64,000 nt of DNA from Alphaproteobacteria bacterium (GTDB taxonomy: Bacteria; Pseudomonadota; Alphaproteobacteria; UBA8366), in contig OZ245815.1 of the NCBI GenBank assembly GCA_965228425.1, positions 2,149,857 through 2,213,856 of the forward strand. Direction: 5' to 3'. The notes beneath the pieces were generated by a model. The model made no database searches. It was not told the origin of the DNA and worked only from the letters and a program-made list of their open reading frames with translations. Below are positions 10,781 to 20,992 of this stretch, piece after piece; positions within the stretch are counted from its first letter, which is position 1, and the number at the start of each line of letters is the position of its first letter. The position numbers were made by a program, and so were the translations under genes.

Positions 10781-11442
10781 CTGGCGGCCGATTGGTCGTC
10801 GTTGGGTGCCAGCGCGTCGTCCAGGTAGGTGGTCACGACCGCGTCCATTTCTTCCAGTTGGCCCGTGAAGAAATGATTGGCCTTGGGAACGGTCTCGTGG
10901 TCGATGGCGATGCCGCGTTGCTGACGCAATTTCTCGACTAATTTCGTGACCGAATCCGCGGGGACGATCTCGTCCTCGGATCCGGTCACCATGAGACCGG
11001 ACGCGGGACAGGGCGCCAGAAAACTGAAGTCATACATGTTCGCCGGCGGCGCGATCGAGATGAAGCCGTCGATTTCCGGCCGCCGCATCAGCAATTGCAT
11101 GCCGATCCAAGCCCCGAAGGAAAACCCGCCGATCCAGCATCCCCGGGCGTTTTGATTGAAGCTCTGCATCCAATCCAACGCCGTCGCGGCATCGGACAGT
11201 TCGCCCTCGCCGCGGGCGAATGTTCCCTGCGATCGGCCGACACCCCGGAAATTGAAGCGCAGGCAGGAAAATCCACGCCGCACGAAGTTCTGGTAGATCG
11301 TGTAGACCACCTTGTTGTTCATCGTGCCGCCATGCTGCGGATGAGGATGGAGGAACAGGGCGATCGGTGCGTTAACTTCCTGGCTGTGGTGATAACGGCC
11401 TTCGAGCCGGCCCTCCGGCCCGTTGATGATCACTTCTGGCAT
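10777..11442 (-). CDS. Alpha/beta hydrolase
   Basis: HPHPQHGGTMNNKVV, RFNFRGVGRS, nucleophile elbow GFSFG and ANHFF. Confidence 0.9.
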   Translation of the reverse strand: MPEVIINGPEGRLEGRYHHSQEVNAPIALFLHPHPQHGGTMNNKVVYTIYQNFVRRGFSCLRFNFRGVGRSQGTFARGEGELSDAATALDWMQSFNQNARGCWIGGFSFGAWIGMQLLMRRPEIDGFISIAPPANMYDFSFLAPCPASGLMVTGSEDEIVPADSVTKLVEKLRQQRGIAIDHETVPKANHFFTGQLEEMDAVVTTYLDDALAPNDDQSAAS

Positions 11443-11561
11443 GATGGGGTTACCGTTTAATCCTTAGTCGTTTGCGCCGGGTTAGGGCTGAGCGAACCCG
11501 GCATCTGCGTTCGGCGGTCTGCGGTGCGGGTACAACGAAATTCGTGGCGGCCTCTTGAATT

Positions 11562-11590
11562 CTTGACCGCTGCACTAGGTCATTCTATAT
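11562..11590 (+). promoter_or_regulatory. Sigma70-type promoter for the cysE-iscR cluster, overlapped by an inverted repeat (candidate IscR operator)
   Basis: CTTGAC(11562-11567)-N17-CTATAT(11585-11590) matches the rhizobial RpoD consensus. TGACC-N9-GGTCA lies at 11564-11582. Confidence 0.65.
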
Positions 11591-11706
11591 CCACATCGAC
11601 ATATAAACCGGTTCAAGACACGCCTAAAGCCCTTGGGGCATGCCGGTTGGGTGGCGCCTAATAAACCGCGAATCTGTTTGAAAATAAAGATTAGGCATTT
11701 TTTACC

Positions 11707-12465
11707 ATGTTCAAGATGTTGCGCGATGAGATTGACGCGATCATGCAACGGGATCCGGCGGCCCGCTCGCGGCTCGAAGTGGCGCTCTGCTACTCCGGCT
11801 TCCACGCCATTGTTTTGCATCGATTGGCCCACGGCGCGTGGGGAAATGGGTGGCAAGTCCTCGCGCGTGCCCTATCGCAGTTCAATCGGTTTTTGACCGG
11901 CATCGAAATCCATCCCGCGGTGCGGATCGGGCAGCGATTCTTCATCGATCACGGCATGGGCGTCGTCATCGGCGAAACGGCCGAAATCGGCGACGATGTG
12001 ACGCTGTACCACGATGTGACGTTGGGCGGCGTCGCGCCATCGGTGGACTCGGATAGCCAACGCGACCGCAAGCGCCATCCGACCTTGGAGGATCGCGTGA
12101 TCGTGGGTTCCGGCGCGCAGATATTAGGCCCCATCACCGTCGGCGCTTGTGGCCGGGTCGGGGCGAACGCCGTCGTCACCAAGGATGTCATGCCGGGTGT
12201 GACCGTCGTCGGAATTCCCGCCAGGGTAATCCAGTCTGGCAATACGGGCGAACATAATGCGTTCTCGCCGTACGGTACGCCGATGGGCGATGTGCCCGAT
12301 CCTGTTGCGCGTGCTCTCGACGGGTTAATGGAACATGTGTCGGTGCTCCAGGCGCGCATCGAAGATCTGGAATCGCAATTGAAGGAACAATCACCGTCGG
12401 TGGGGGCTGGCGGTTTCGAGCAGGAAGAAGGATCCGGGGACACCCCGAAACTCGGATCGAACTAG
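11707..12465 (+). CDS. cysE: Serine O-acetyltransferase
   Basis: [29 protein letters not shown] and KRHPTL; hexapeptide repeats. Confidence 0.95.
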   Translation: MFKMLRDEIDAIMQRDPAARSRLEVALCYSGFHAIVLHRLAHGAWGNGWQVLARALSQFNRFLTGIEIHPAVRIGQRFFIDHGMGVVIGETAEIGDDVTLYHDVTLGGVAPSVDSDSQRDRKRHPTLEDRVIVGSGAQILGPITVGACGRVGANAVVTKDVMPGVTVVGIPARVIQSGNTGEHNAFSPYGTPMGDVPDPVARALDGLMEHVSVLQARIEDLESQLKEQSPSVGAGGFEQEEGSGDTPKLGSN

Positions 12466-12539
12466 GCGGCGGACCGACAACGTACCGCGCCACGCGACGA
12501 ACACTGGGAAAATGGCTTCAAAAAATAAGAGAGGCGGCA

Positions 12540-13004
12540 GTGCGACTGAGTACAAAGGGCCGATATGCGGTCATGGCAATGGTGGATCTCGCGAAACACG
12601 GCGACGGTGATCCCGTGGCGCTGTCCGAGATCGCCGTGCGGCAAGAGATCTCGCTTTCCTACCTTGAGCAATTATTCGCGAAGCTGCGGCGGGCCGGATT
12701 GGTCAGCAGCGTGCGCGGTCCCGGCGGCGGCTACGTGCTGTCGCGGACGGCGGAAGAAACGCGGCTGGCGGATATCATTCTCGCGGTCGACGAGCCGATC
12801 CGCGCGACGCGATGCGTGCCGGGCTCGCCGGTCGGATGCACGGGGGACAAAGTTCGATGTATCACCCATGATCTTTGGGAAGAGCTGGGCAACCTGATCC
12901 ATCTGTTTTTCAGCTCGATCTCGCTTGCCGACGTGGTCGACCGCCGCATCCTCGGTCAGAGCGGCGTCATCCACCGGTCGAACCAAATCGCCGCTGCCGA
13001 GTAG
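12540..13004 (+). CDS. iscR: Rrf2-family Fe-S regulator IscR
   Basis: RLSTKGRYAV, SYLEQLF and VRGPGGGY; three Cys plus His ligands (RC..GC...RCITHDLW). Confidence 0.88.
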   Translation: MRLSTKGRYAVMAMVDLAKHGDGDPVALSEIAVRQEISLSYLEQLFAKLRRAGLVSSVRGPGGGYVLSRTAEETRLADIILAVDEPIRATRCVPGSPVGCTGDKVRCITHDLWEELGNLIHLFFSSISLADVVDRRILGQSGVIHRSNQIAAAE

Positions 13005-13048
13005 CGCGGCCGGTTCGACGGTGACTTAGGTATCTGTGGTTTCGCTCT

Positions 13049-14158
13049 ATGGTCTATCTCGATCACAACGCATCGGTTCCGATGGGGGCTTCCGTCATTG
13101 AAGCCATGACGGAGGCTGCGCGGCAGGGCGGGAATCCGTCATCGGTGCATGCGTACGGCCGGGGCGCGCGCGCTCGGATCGAGGCGGCGCGGAAGGACGT
13201 CGCGGCGATGGTGGGCGCGGCGGCGAGCCAAGTGGTCTTCACCAGTGGGGCGACCGAAGCGAATGCCATGGCGCTGCGCGCCTGTGGCCGTGCCTTTGTT
13301 TTCGTGTCCGCCGCGGAACATGTATCGGTTTTGGAGGTCCATCCCGACGCGGCGATCATCCCGGTAGACGGGGACGGTGTGGCCACGCCGTCGTCGGTCA
13401 GGAACGCACTCACGGCAGAGGGCGTCGATGGCGAGGATGCGATCGTCTCCATTATGCTGGCGAACAACGAAACCGGCGTCATCCAGCCCATCGCGGAGAT
13501 CGCCGCGGTGGCACGGGAACATGGCGCCTTGTTGCATTGCGATGCCGTTCAGGCGCCGGGCCGGATGCCGGTGGATATGGCGGCGCTCGGCGTCGACCTG
13601 ATGACGGTCTCCGCGCATAAGATCGGTGGGCCGGCGGGCGTCGGCGCGCTGATCTTGCGGGACGCCTCGCTGGTGCGGCCGGACACGAAGGGCGGGGGCC
13701 AGGAGAAAGGCCTTCGGGGCGGCACCGAGAACATCACGGGTATCGCCGGCTTCGGCGCGGCCGCGAAACGAGCGCTGGCGATGGGCGGCGCAGACGATAC
13801 GGCCCGGCGGCGCGATCGGATCGAGGCCCGGATCGCAAAGGAAATTCCCGATGCCGTCATTTTCGGTGCGGGCATGTCCCGGCTTCCCAATACCAGTTGT
13901 ATCGCGATTCCCGGCATTGGCGCCGAGACGCAGGTGATGGCGCTGGACCTCGCCGGATATTCGGTCAGCGCCGGGTCAGCCTGCTCGTCCGGCAAGGTGA
14001 AAACGAGCCATGTTCTGTTGGCGATGGGCGTGGACGACGAGACAGCCCGCTGCGGTATCCGAATCAGCCTCGGCCCGGATACCAGCGATGCCGATGTCGA
14101 CGGGTTTGTCGCCGCCTGGATCGAACTCATTCATCGTTTGCGACGGAGTGCCGCTTGA
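13049..14158 (+). CDS. Cysteine desulfurase (NifS/IscS family)
   Basis: YLDHNA, HCDAVQ, SAHKIGGP (PLP lysine) and SAGSACSSG (catalytic Cys). Confidence 0.92.
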   Translation: MVYLDHNASVPMGASVIEAMTEAARQGGNPSSVHAYGRGARARIEAARKDVAAMVGAAASQVVFTSGATEANAMALRACGRAFVFVSAAEHVSVLEVHPDAAIIPVDGDGVATPSSVRNALTAEGVDGEDAIVSIMLANNETGVIQPIAEIAAVAREHGALLHCDAVQAPGRMPVDMAALGVDLMTVSAHKIGGPAGVGALILRDASLVRPDTKGGGQEKGLRGGTENITGIAGFGAAAKRALAMGGADDTARRRDRIEARIAKEIPDAVIFGAGMSRLPNTSCIAIPGIGAETQVMALDLAGYSVSAGSACSSGKVKTSHVLLAMGVDDETARCGIRISLGPDTSDADVDGFVAAWIELIHRLRRSAA

Positions 14159-15357
14159 TGCCGGACAGCAATACCGACATGCCCGAAAAGAAAATGCCGA
14201 TCTACCTGGACTATCAGGCAACGACGCCGACCGACGAACGGGTCGTAGCGGCGATGCTGCCGTGGTTCAACGAGAAATTCGGCAACCCGCATTCGAGCGA
14301 CCATCGCCACGGCTGGGTCTCGGAGGAGGCGGTCGAACGGGCGCGGGGACAGGTCGCCTCGATCATCGGCGCGAAGCCGAAGGAGATTATTTTCACCTCG
14401 GGTGCCACCGAATCGAACAACCTGTCGATCAAGGGCGTGGCGCACGCCGCCGGCGTGTCGCGCCGTCATGTGGTGACCCTGGCGACCGAGCATAAATGCG
14501 TCCTGCAGAGTTGCCGGCGGCTGGAGGAGGAAGGCTTCGACCTGACGATCCTCGGCGTCCGGTCCGACGGCCTCGTCGATCTCGATGAATTGGCGGATGC
14601 CCTGACGGACAACACGTTGCTGGTGTCGGTCATGGCGGTGAACAACGAGATCGGCGTGATCCAGCCCTTGGCCGAAATCGGCGCGTTGTGTCGTGATCGC
14701 GGGATTTATTTTCATACCGATGCGGCGCAGGCGGTTGGCAAGATTCCGCTCGACGTCAACGCGATGAAGATCGATCTGATGAGCATCACAGCGCATAAAT
14801 TCTATGGTCCCAAGGGCGTCGGCGCCTTGTACATCCGGCGCCGGCCAAAGGTGGCCTTGCGGGCGGAGCAGGACGGCGGCGGGCAGGAACGCGGGTTGCG
14901 GTCCGGTACGGTGCCGACGCCGTTGGTGGTCGGGTTCGGCGAGGCCTGTGCTATTGCGGAGCGGGAGATGCCGACGGAAGCTACGCGACTGGCGGAGCTG
15001 CGCGATCGTATCCTCGGCCGGCTGCGGGAAGCGCTGCCGACGATGCACGTGCACGGCGACCTGGATCATCGCATTCCGGGGAACCTGAACCTGTCCTTCG
15101 CCAATATCGACGGGCAGGATTTGATGATGCGGCTGGACGGGCTGTCGGTGTCGACCGGGTCGGCTTGTTCGTCGGCGATCGTCGAGCCGTCGCACGTCCT
15201 GCAGGCGCTCGACCCCGACCCGTCGTTGCTGCATAACTCGCTCCGCATCGGTCTCGGGCGGTACACGACCGAAGAGGAGATTGACCGTGCGGCGGACGAT
15301 ATCGTCGCGGCCGTCAGCAGCCTGCAATCGGCGAACCAGGTCTACGAGAAAGCGTGA
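14158..15357 (+). CDS. iscS: Cysteine desulfurase IscS
   Basis: [27 protein letters not shown] and STGSACSS. The ATG overlaps the upstream TGA. Confidence 0.9.
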   Translation: MPDSNTDMPEKKMPIYLDYQATTPTDERVVAAMLPWFNEKFGNPHSSDHRHGWVSEEAVERARGQVASIIGAKPKEIIFTSGATESNNLSIKGVAHAAGVSRRHVVTLATEHKCVLQSCRRLEEEGFDLTILGVRSDGLVDLDELADALTDNTLLVSVMAVNNEIGVIQPLAEIGALCRDRGIYFHTDAAQAVGKIPLDVNAMKIDLMSITAHKFYGPKGVGALYIRRRPKVALRAEQDGGGQERGLRSGTVPTPLVVGFGEACAIAEREMPTEATRLAELRDRILGRLREALPTMHVHGDLDHRIPGNLNLSFANIDGQDLMMRLDGLSVSTGSACSSAIVEPSHVLQALDPDPSLLHNSLRIGLGRYTTEEEIDRAADDIVAAVSSLQSANQVYEKA

Positions 15358-15370
15358 GGCGAATTCCAAC

Positions 15371-15706
15371 GTGCCGAAAATGACATTCATTCAACGCGGC
15401 GGCGTACGTAAGGAAGTGGACGCGCCCGAAGGGTTCAGCCTGCTGGACATCGCCCATCGCAACGACATCGATATCGAGGGGGCCTGCGAAGGGTCGATGG
15501 CGTGCTCCACCTGTCACGTCGTGGTCGAGGACGAGTGGTTCGCGCGGTTAGACCCGCCGAGCGAGGAAGAGGAGGACATGCTGGATCTGGCCTTCGGGCT
15601 GACCCGGACCTCGCGGTTGGGGTGCCAAATCACGATGACGGACGCGTTGGATGGATTGACCGTTCGCTTGCCGGATACGACGCGCAACCTGTTGCTCGAA
15701 GAGTAA
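15371..15706 (+). CDS. fdx: 2Fe-2S ferredoxin (ISC/adrenodoxin type)
   Basis: [14 protein letters not shown]...SRLGCQ; GTG start. Confidence 0.92.
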   Translation: MPKMTFIQRGGVRKEVDAPEGFSLLDIAHRNDIDIEGACEGSMACSTCHVVVEDEWFARLDPPSEEEEDMLDLAFGLTRTSRLGCQITMTDALDGLTVRLPDTTRNLLLEE

Positions 15707-15724
15707 GCGAGGATATTGCCGCCC

Positions 15725-16390
15725 ATGCCGACCTTGTTCGATAGCCTCAAGTCGGCGTGTGCCGCCGAGTGGACAGACTACACGCAGCATGATTTCGTCC
15801 GGCAACTGGCGGACGGCAGTCTGCCGGAGGCGGCTTTCCGGCATTACCTGCAGCAGGATTATCTATTCCTCATTCACTTCGCTCGCGCCTATGCATTGGC
15901 CGGGTATAAGTCCGAAACGCTGGCCGAGCTACGCTCGGCTGCCGCGACGATGTCGGCCTTGGTCGACACCGAGATGAAGCTGCATGTCACCTATTGCGCC
16001 GAGTGGGGGCTGAGCGAGGCGGATATGGAAGCGTTGCCGGAAGACAAGGCGAATCTCGCGTATACCCGCTTCGTGTTGGAGCGTGGATCGGCGGGCGATC
16101 TGCTCGATCTGCAAGTCGCCCTTGCGCCCTGTGTCGTGGGGTATGGCGAGATCGGGCGCGCCCTGGCCGACGATCCGGCGACGAAACGTGACGGTAATCC
16201 CTATGCGGATTGGATCGCGATGTATGCGGGCGAGGAGTATCAAGAGGTGACCGCCGCGGCGATCTCCGCGCTCGATGCGCTGATGGCCCGGCGCGGCGGG
16301 GAAGGACGCATGCCCGGCCTGATCGAGACCTTTCGCATGGCGACGGTGCTGGAAGCCGACTTCTGGCAGATGGGGCTGGACGCCGCCTGA
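15725..16390 (+). CDS. tenA: Thiaminase II / TenA family protein
   Basis: FRHYLQQDYLFL, LAPCVVGYGEIG, NPYADWI and EADFWQM. Confidence 0.88.
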   Translation: MPTLFDSLKSACAAEWTDYTQHDFVRQLADGSLPEAAFRHYLQQDYLFLIHFARAYALAGYKSETLAELRSAAATMSALVDTEMKLHVTYCAEWGLSEADMEALPEDKANLAYTRFVLERGSAGDLLDLQVALAPCVVGYGEIGRALADDPATKRDGNPYADWIAMYAGEEYQEVTAAAISALDALMARRGGEGRMPGLIETFRMATVLEADFWQMGLDAA

Positions 16391-16424
16391 CGATGCGGTG
16401 CTGTAACCGTTCGAGGATCGATCA

Positions 16425-17450
16425 ATGACCGATCGCAGGCTGCGGGTCGCCGTCGTCGGGGCGGGGTTCTTCGCGCAATTCCATCACGAGGCATGGTCGC
16501 GGCTCGACCGGGCCGATTTGGTGGGAATCTGCGATCTCGACCGGACGCGCGCGGATGCGGCTGCGGCGGAATCAGGGACCCGAGGCTTCGCCGACCTGGA
16601 TGCCATGCTCGATGCGGTGGAGGCGGACGTGGTCGATGTCGCCACGCCGCCGGATACGCATTTGGCCCTTGTTTCAGCGGTCGCGGCGCGCGGCTTGCCG
16701 GTGATCTGCCAGAAGCCGCTGGCGCCGACCTTGGACGAGGCCCGGGCGGTCGCGGCGGCGGCATCGACCGCGGGCGTTACCCTGGCGGTGCATGAGAATT
16801 TTCGATTTCAGCCTTGGTTCCGCGAGGCCCGGCGGCTGATCGACGTGGGCCTGTTGGGTGATCTACATGGCATCGCCTTCCGCATGCGGCCCGGTGACGG
16901 CCAGGGGCCGGACGCCTATCTCGACCGGCAGCCCTACTTCCAGACGATGGCGCGGTTCCTGGTTCACGAGACGGGCATCCATTTCGTCGATACCTTCCGT
17001 TTCCTGATGGGCGAGGTCGCTAGCGTCTATGCGGACCTGCGCCGGATCAACCCCGCGATCGCCGGGGAGGATGCGGGGACCATCGTGTTCCGATTCGTCG
17101 GCGGGCCGTCAGGTGTGTATGACGCCAACCGCCTGAACGACCATGTGTCGGACAATCCCCGGCGCACCATGGGCGAAATGTGGCTCGAGGGGTCCAAGGG
17201 CGTTTTGCGGCTCGACGGTAGCGGCCGCCTGTGGTGGAAGCCCCATGGCGGGGACGAGGGCGAGCACCCATACGCGTGGGAGGATCGCGGTTTCGGCGGC
17301 GATTGCGTCTACGCGACCCAGGCCCATATCGCGACGCATCTGCTGGACGGCGCTCCCTTGGAAACCGGGGCAGGCGATTATCTGCGCAATGTCGAGATCG
17401 AGGAAGCGATTTACCGATCCGCCGCCGAGCGGCGGGCCATCGACCTTTGA
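16425..17450 (+). CDS. Gfo/Idh/MocA family oxidoreductase
   Basis: VVGAGFF Rossmann motif, CQKPLA and HENFRFQPW. Confidence 0.9.
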   Translation: MTDRRLRVAVVGAGFFAQFHHEAWSRLDRADLVGICDLDRTRADAAAAESGTRGFADLDAMLDAVEADVVDVATPPDTHLALVSAVAARGLPVICQKPLAPTLDEARAVAAAASTAGVTLAVHENFRFQPWFREARRLIDVGLLGDLHGIAFRMRPGDGQGPDAYLDRQPYFQTMARFLVHETGIHFVDTFRFLMGEVASVYADLRRINPAIAGEDAGTIVFRFVGGPSGVYDANRLNDHVSDNPRRTMGEMWLEGSKGVLRLDGSGRLWWKPHGGDEGEHPYAWEDRGFGGDCVYATQAHIATHLLDGAPLETGAGDYLRNVEIEEAIYRSAAERRAIDL

Positions 17451-17506
17451 TGGCGGCCGATTGAGCGGTGCATTGCGTTTCCCGTGCCGAGGCCTATATT
17501 TCCGCC

Positions 17507-18631
17507 ATGAACAGCCTGGACATAGACAAAAAGCCGGCAGACACCCGTATCGTGGTGGCCATGTCCGGCGGCGTCGATTCGTCCGTGACGGCGGCGCTGC
17601 TGGTGGAGGCCGGCTACGAGGTCGTGGGCGTTACGCTGCAGCTCTATGACCATGGCGAGGCGGTGGCGCGTAAGGGCGCATGCTGCGCCGGGCAGGACAT
17701 CCACGACGCTCGCAACGTGGCCGCGACGCTCGATATCCCGCACTATGTGCTCGACTATGAGAGCCGGTTCCGGGAGTCGGTGATCGACGATTTCGCCGAT
17801 GCCTATATCCGGGGCGAAACGCCGATCCCCTGCGTTCGCTGCAATCAGACGGTCAAGTTCCGGGACCTCCTGAGCACCGCCCACGATCTCGGGGCCGAGG
17901 CGCTGGCGACCGGACATTACGTGAAGCGCGTGGCGGGTCCGGCCGGGGCCGAACTCCACCGCGCTGAGGACTATGGCCGCGACCAGAGCTATTTCCTCTT
18001 CGCGACCACACAGGACCAACTCGACTTTCTCCGCTTCCCGCTTGGCGGCATGCCGAAGACCGAGACACGCGAAGCGGCGGCGCGGTTCGACCTGCCGGTG
18101 GCCGACAAGCCCGACAGCCAGGATATCTGTTTCGTGCCGAACGGCTCCTATGCCCAGGTGGTGGAAAAGCTGCGGCCGGAAGCTGTGATTCCCGGCGACA
18201 TCGTCGACACCGATGGCCGGGTCATCGGCCAGCATGAGGGCATCATCCACTACACGGTGGGGCAGCGGCGCGGGCTCGGTATCGGCGGCCGCGATCCGGA
18301 ATCCGACCCGCTCTACGTTATCCGCCTCGATGCGGCGGCGCATCGCGTCGTGGTCGGCCCGAAGGCGGCACTCGGCCGCGACCGGCTGCGGCTCTCGGGT
18401 CTCAATTGGCTTGGCGGTGAAGCGTCGGGCGGTGGTCTGGCGGTCAAGATTCGCTCGGCGATGGAACCCGTGCCCGCGACCGTTATCCGGTCGTCCGACG
18501 GTGGCGCGGAAGTCGTTTTCCAGGACCTGCAATACGGTATTTCGCCCGGTCAGGCTTGCGTGATCTATGACGGCGACCGTGTCCTTGGCGGCGGCTGGAT
18601 CGACCGTGAAGCGGTCACCCAAGCCGCCTGA
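17507..18631 (+). CDS. mnmA: tRNA 2-thiouridine(34) synthase MnmA
   Basis: [12 protein letters not shown]-loop, [27 protein letters not shown] and TVGQRRGL. Confidence 0.97.
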   Translation: MNSLDIDKKPADTRIVVAMSGGVDSSVTAALLVEAGYEVVGVTLQLYDHGEAVARKGACCAGQDIHDARNVAATLDIPHYVLDYESRFRESVIDDFADAYIRGETPIPCVRCNQTVKFRDLLSTAHDLGAEALATGHYVKRVAGPAGAELHRAEDYGRDQSYFLFATTQDQLDFLRFPLGGMPKTETREAAARFDLPVADKPDSQDICFVPNGSYAQVVEKLRPEAVIPGDIVDTDGRVIGQHEGIIHYTVGQRRGLGIGGRDPESDPLYVIRLDAAAHRVVVGPKAALGRDRLRLSGLNWLGGEASGGGLAVKIRSAMEPVPATVIRSSDGGAEVVFQDLQYGISPGQACVIYDGDRVLGGGWIDREAVTQAA

Positions 18632-18740
18632 ATTCTCCGAGCCCGATAGACCTTTTCCGCTTTTGATCCGCCCCGGTGTACTATCGAGGCACCGCGGCGC
18701 ATTTGCCTGGGGATCAAAACCAATCGAGGGGGAGACTGCG

Positions 18741-20039
18741 GTGAGCACTGTCGCATCGCTGAAGACGAATCCGTATTGGTGGGACGCCGCGCCGCCTACC
18801 GATGTGCCGAAAACCGACCTTGCCGAAACTTGCGATGTCGCAATCATCGGCGCGGGCTATACGGGCCTGTCGGCGGCGCTGGTCCTGTCGCGGGCGGGCC
18901 GGTCGGTGCAGGTGTTCGACAGCCTGCGGGCGGGCGAGGGCGCGTCGACCCGGAACGGCGGCATCGCCAGCGGCAACATCCGCATAGGTTTCGGCACGCT
19001 GATCGAGAAATTCGGGCTGGAGCGCGCCAAGAGCATCTACGGCGAAGGCAAACTGGCGCGGGAACGGCTCTCCGCCTTTCTCGAGGACGAGGGCATCGAC
19101 TGCGACCAGCAAATGGTCGGCCGCTTCGCCGGGGCGGTCGCGCCGAAGCATTTCGACGCGATGCGGCGCGAGGCGGACCTGCTGAACGAGCATGTCGATC
19201 TCGGCGTCACCGTGGTCGACCGGACGGATCAGCACGCCGAACTCGGCACGGACTACTATCACGGCGGCGTCGTGCGCCCCGATATCGGCGGGCTGCATCC
19301 GGGCAAGTTCCACTTGGGCCTGATCGGCCGGGCGCGCGAGGCCGGGGCCACGATCCATACCAGCACCCCCGTCCAGGGCGTGGAGCGCGACGGCGACGGC
19401 TACACCGTGCAGACGGCGCGCGGCACGGTGCGGGCGCGCGACGTGCTGGTTGGCACCAACGGCTACACCGACAAGGCGAATGCCTGGCTGCAGCGGAGGC
19501 TGGTCCCGGTGCCGAGCCGGATCATCGTGACCGAGCCGATCCCGGCCGACGTGATGGCGCGCCTGATGCCGAAGCGGCGCATGCTGGTGGAGAGCCGGCG
19601 TGTCGGCTACTACTACCGCCCGACGCCGGACGGCACGCGGATATTGTTCGGAGGACGCGAAGGCTCGGCGAACGCCAGCCCGGAAGACGTGGTGCGGATC
19701 CACATGGGCCGCCTGATCGAGATTTTTCCCGAGTTGGCCGATATCCGGGCGGAATACTCCTGGAGCGGTTTCGTCGCCTATTCCCGCGACTACATGCCCC
19801 GTCTGTTCAGCCATGACGGCAAGCATTACGCCGTCGGCTATTGCGGGTCCGGCGTCGTTTGGGCGTGGTGGACGGGGCGGCACGCGGCCTTCCGGATCCT
19901 GGGCCAAGGCAAGACCGAGTCCGCCTTCCTCTGCGATCCGCCCAAGTCCGTGCCGCTGTATGCCGGCAAGCCCTGGTTCCTGCCGGTCATGATGAAATGG
20001 TTCGGTTTCCAGGACCGCATGGATCAGCGCGGCGGCTGA
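18741..20039 (+). CDS. FAD-dependent oxidoreductase (DAO/PuuB-like)
   Basis: IIGAGYTGL, GASTRNGG, LHPGK and GYCGSGV; GTG start after a GGGGAG RBS. Confidence 0.88.
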   Translation: MSTVASLKTNPYWWDAAPPTDVPKTDLAETCDVAIIGAGYTGLSAALVLSRAGRSVQVFDSLRAGEGASTRNGGIASGNIRIGFGTLIEKFGLERAKSIYGEGKLARERLSAFLEDEGIDCDQQMVGRFAGAVAPKHFDAMRREADLLNEHVDLGVTVVDRTDQHAELGTDYYHGGVVRPDIGGLHPGKFHLGLIGRAREAGATIHTSTPVQGVERDGDGYTVQTARGTVRARDVLVGTNGYTDKANAWLQRRLVPVPSRIIVTEPIPADVMARLMPKRRMLVESRRVGYYYRPTPDGTRILFGGREGSANASPEDVVRIHMGRLIEIFPELADIRAEYSWSGFVAYSRDYMPRLFSHDGKHYAVGYCGSGVVWAWWTGRHAAFRILGQGKTESAFLCDPPKSVPLYAGKPWFLPVMMKWFGFQDRMDQRGG

Positions 20040-20142
20040 CAGGCCGCCGGCCGTTGCGGGAGGCCGGGATAGCCGCCCGGGCGCTTGACAGCCTTCGGCA
20101 GCGGGTTTATGTGCATGCCGCAGAGGCCCATCGGCCACGCGT

Positions 20143-20219
20143 GGCGGAGTAGCTCAGTTGGTTAGAGCAGCGGAATCATAATCCGCGTGTCGGCGGTTCG
20201 AGTCCGCCCTCCGCTACCA
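20143..20219 (+). tRNA. tRNA-Met (CAT), elongator type; island integration site
   Basis: GGCGGAGTAGCTCAGTTGGTTAGAGCA-GCGGA-ATCATAA-TCCGC-...GGTTCGAGTCC...TCCGCTACCA; 77 nt cloverleaf with encoded CCA. Confidence 0.95.
20199..20219 (+). repeat. attL-like copy of the 21-bp direct repeat (tRNA 3' end)
   Basis: CGAGTCCGCCCTCCGCTACCA, identical to 25687-25707. Confidence 0.92.
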
Positions 20220-20501
20220 TCTAAGCTATTGAAAATAAATTACTATTTGATCTCATAAGCTTCGAGTGCAGTTTTTGGACTCATCGTCCGAGTGCCATGT
20301 ATTCGGGAATGTGAAATTTGTTTTCTTTTGCCATAACGCTGCAAAACGGTAAAAATTTACCAAATTTCGAGCACAGATATGATTGGAGACTGCTTGGTAG
20401 CCATTTACTCATCTTGTTCCGAACTTTATCTGTCCATGTGTTCTTGTACTAATATTTATTTTGGCGCAAATCGCCTTTGTTTGCTCTGATGGACGTCATG
20501 A

Positions 20502-20927
20502 ATGATTGACATTGTAGGCCCGGAGTTTCGGTCAGAACTAATGTCTCGAATTCGGAGCACCGATACCAAACCTGAGATGGCTGTACGTCGCATGCTATTT
20601 GGCGCGGGTTATCGATATCAAATTCATTGCAAAGATCTGCCAGGGAAGCCCGATTTGGTTTTTAGAAGTCGGAAGAAAGTAATTTTCGTACACGGCTGCT
20701 ACTGGCATCGACACGGCTGTTCGAGAACATACAATCCAAAGTCTCGAACGGAATTCTGGAATGAAAAATTTGCAAGAAATATGCAGAGAGATCAAAAAAA
20801 TCAGGAGGAGCTTTGCGGTTTGGGCTGGAAGATGTTGGTTGTATGGGAATGTGAGGTAGAAAGTGACGATCAACTAAAGCGTATGTCGAAGTTTCTTGGT
20901 CCAACGCGTTGGGTAAAAAAAACCTAG
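20502..20927 (+). CDS. vsr: Very short patch repair endonuclease Vsr
   Basis: RSELMSRIRSTDTKPE, LPGKPDLVF, FVHGCYWHRH, FWNEKFARNMQRD and VVWECE. Confidence 0.95.
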   Translation: MIDIVGPEFRSELMSRIRSTDTKPEMAVRRMLFGAGYRYQIHCKDLPGKPDLVFRSRKKVIFVHGCYWHRHGCSRTYNPKSRTEFWNEKFARNMQRDQKNQEELCGLGWKMLVVWECEVESDDQLKRMSKFLGPTRWVKKT

Positions 20928-20992
20928 AGTAGTGCCTGGTCAGATACTAGATGACCTGGTAACGTCCGGCCTTTGCAGCAGATGGAGGCCGT

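Noticed and set aside
13897-14157. N-terminal extensions in the ORF track (iscS from 13897, methyltransferase from 38174, lyase to 59241, Ldh2 to 61559 and others)
   Set aside because: They overlap neighbouring genes or lack family similarity. Starts were moved to downstream codons with an RBS or translational coupling.
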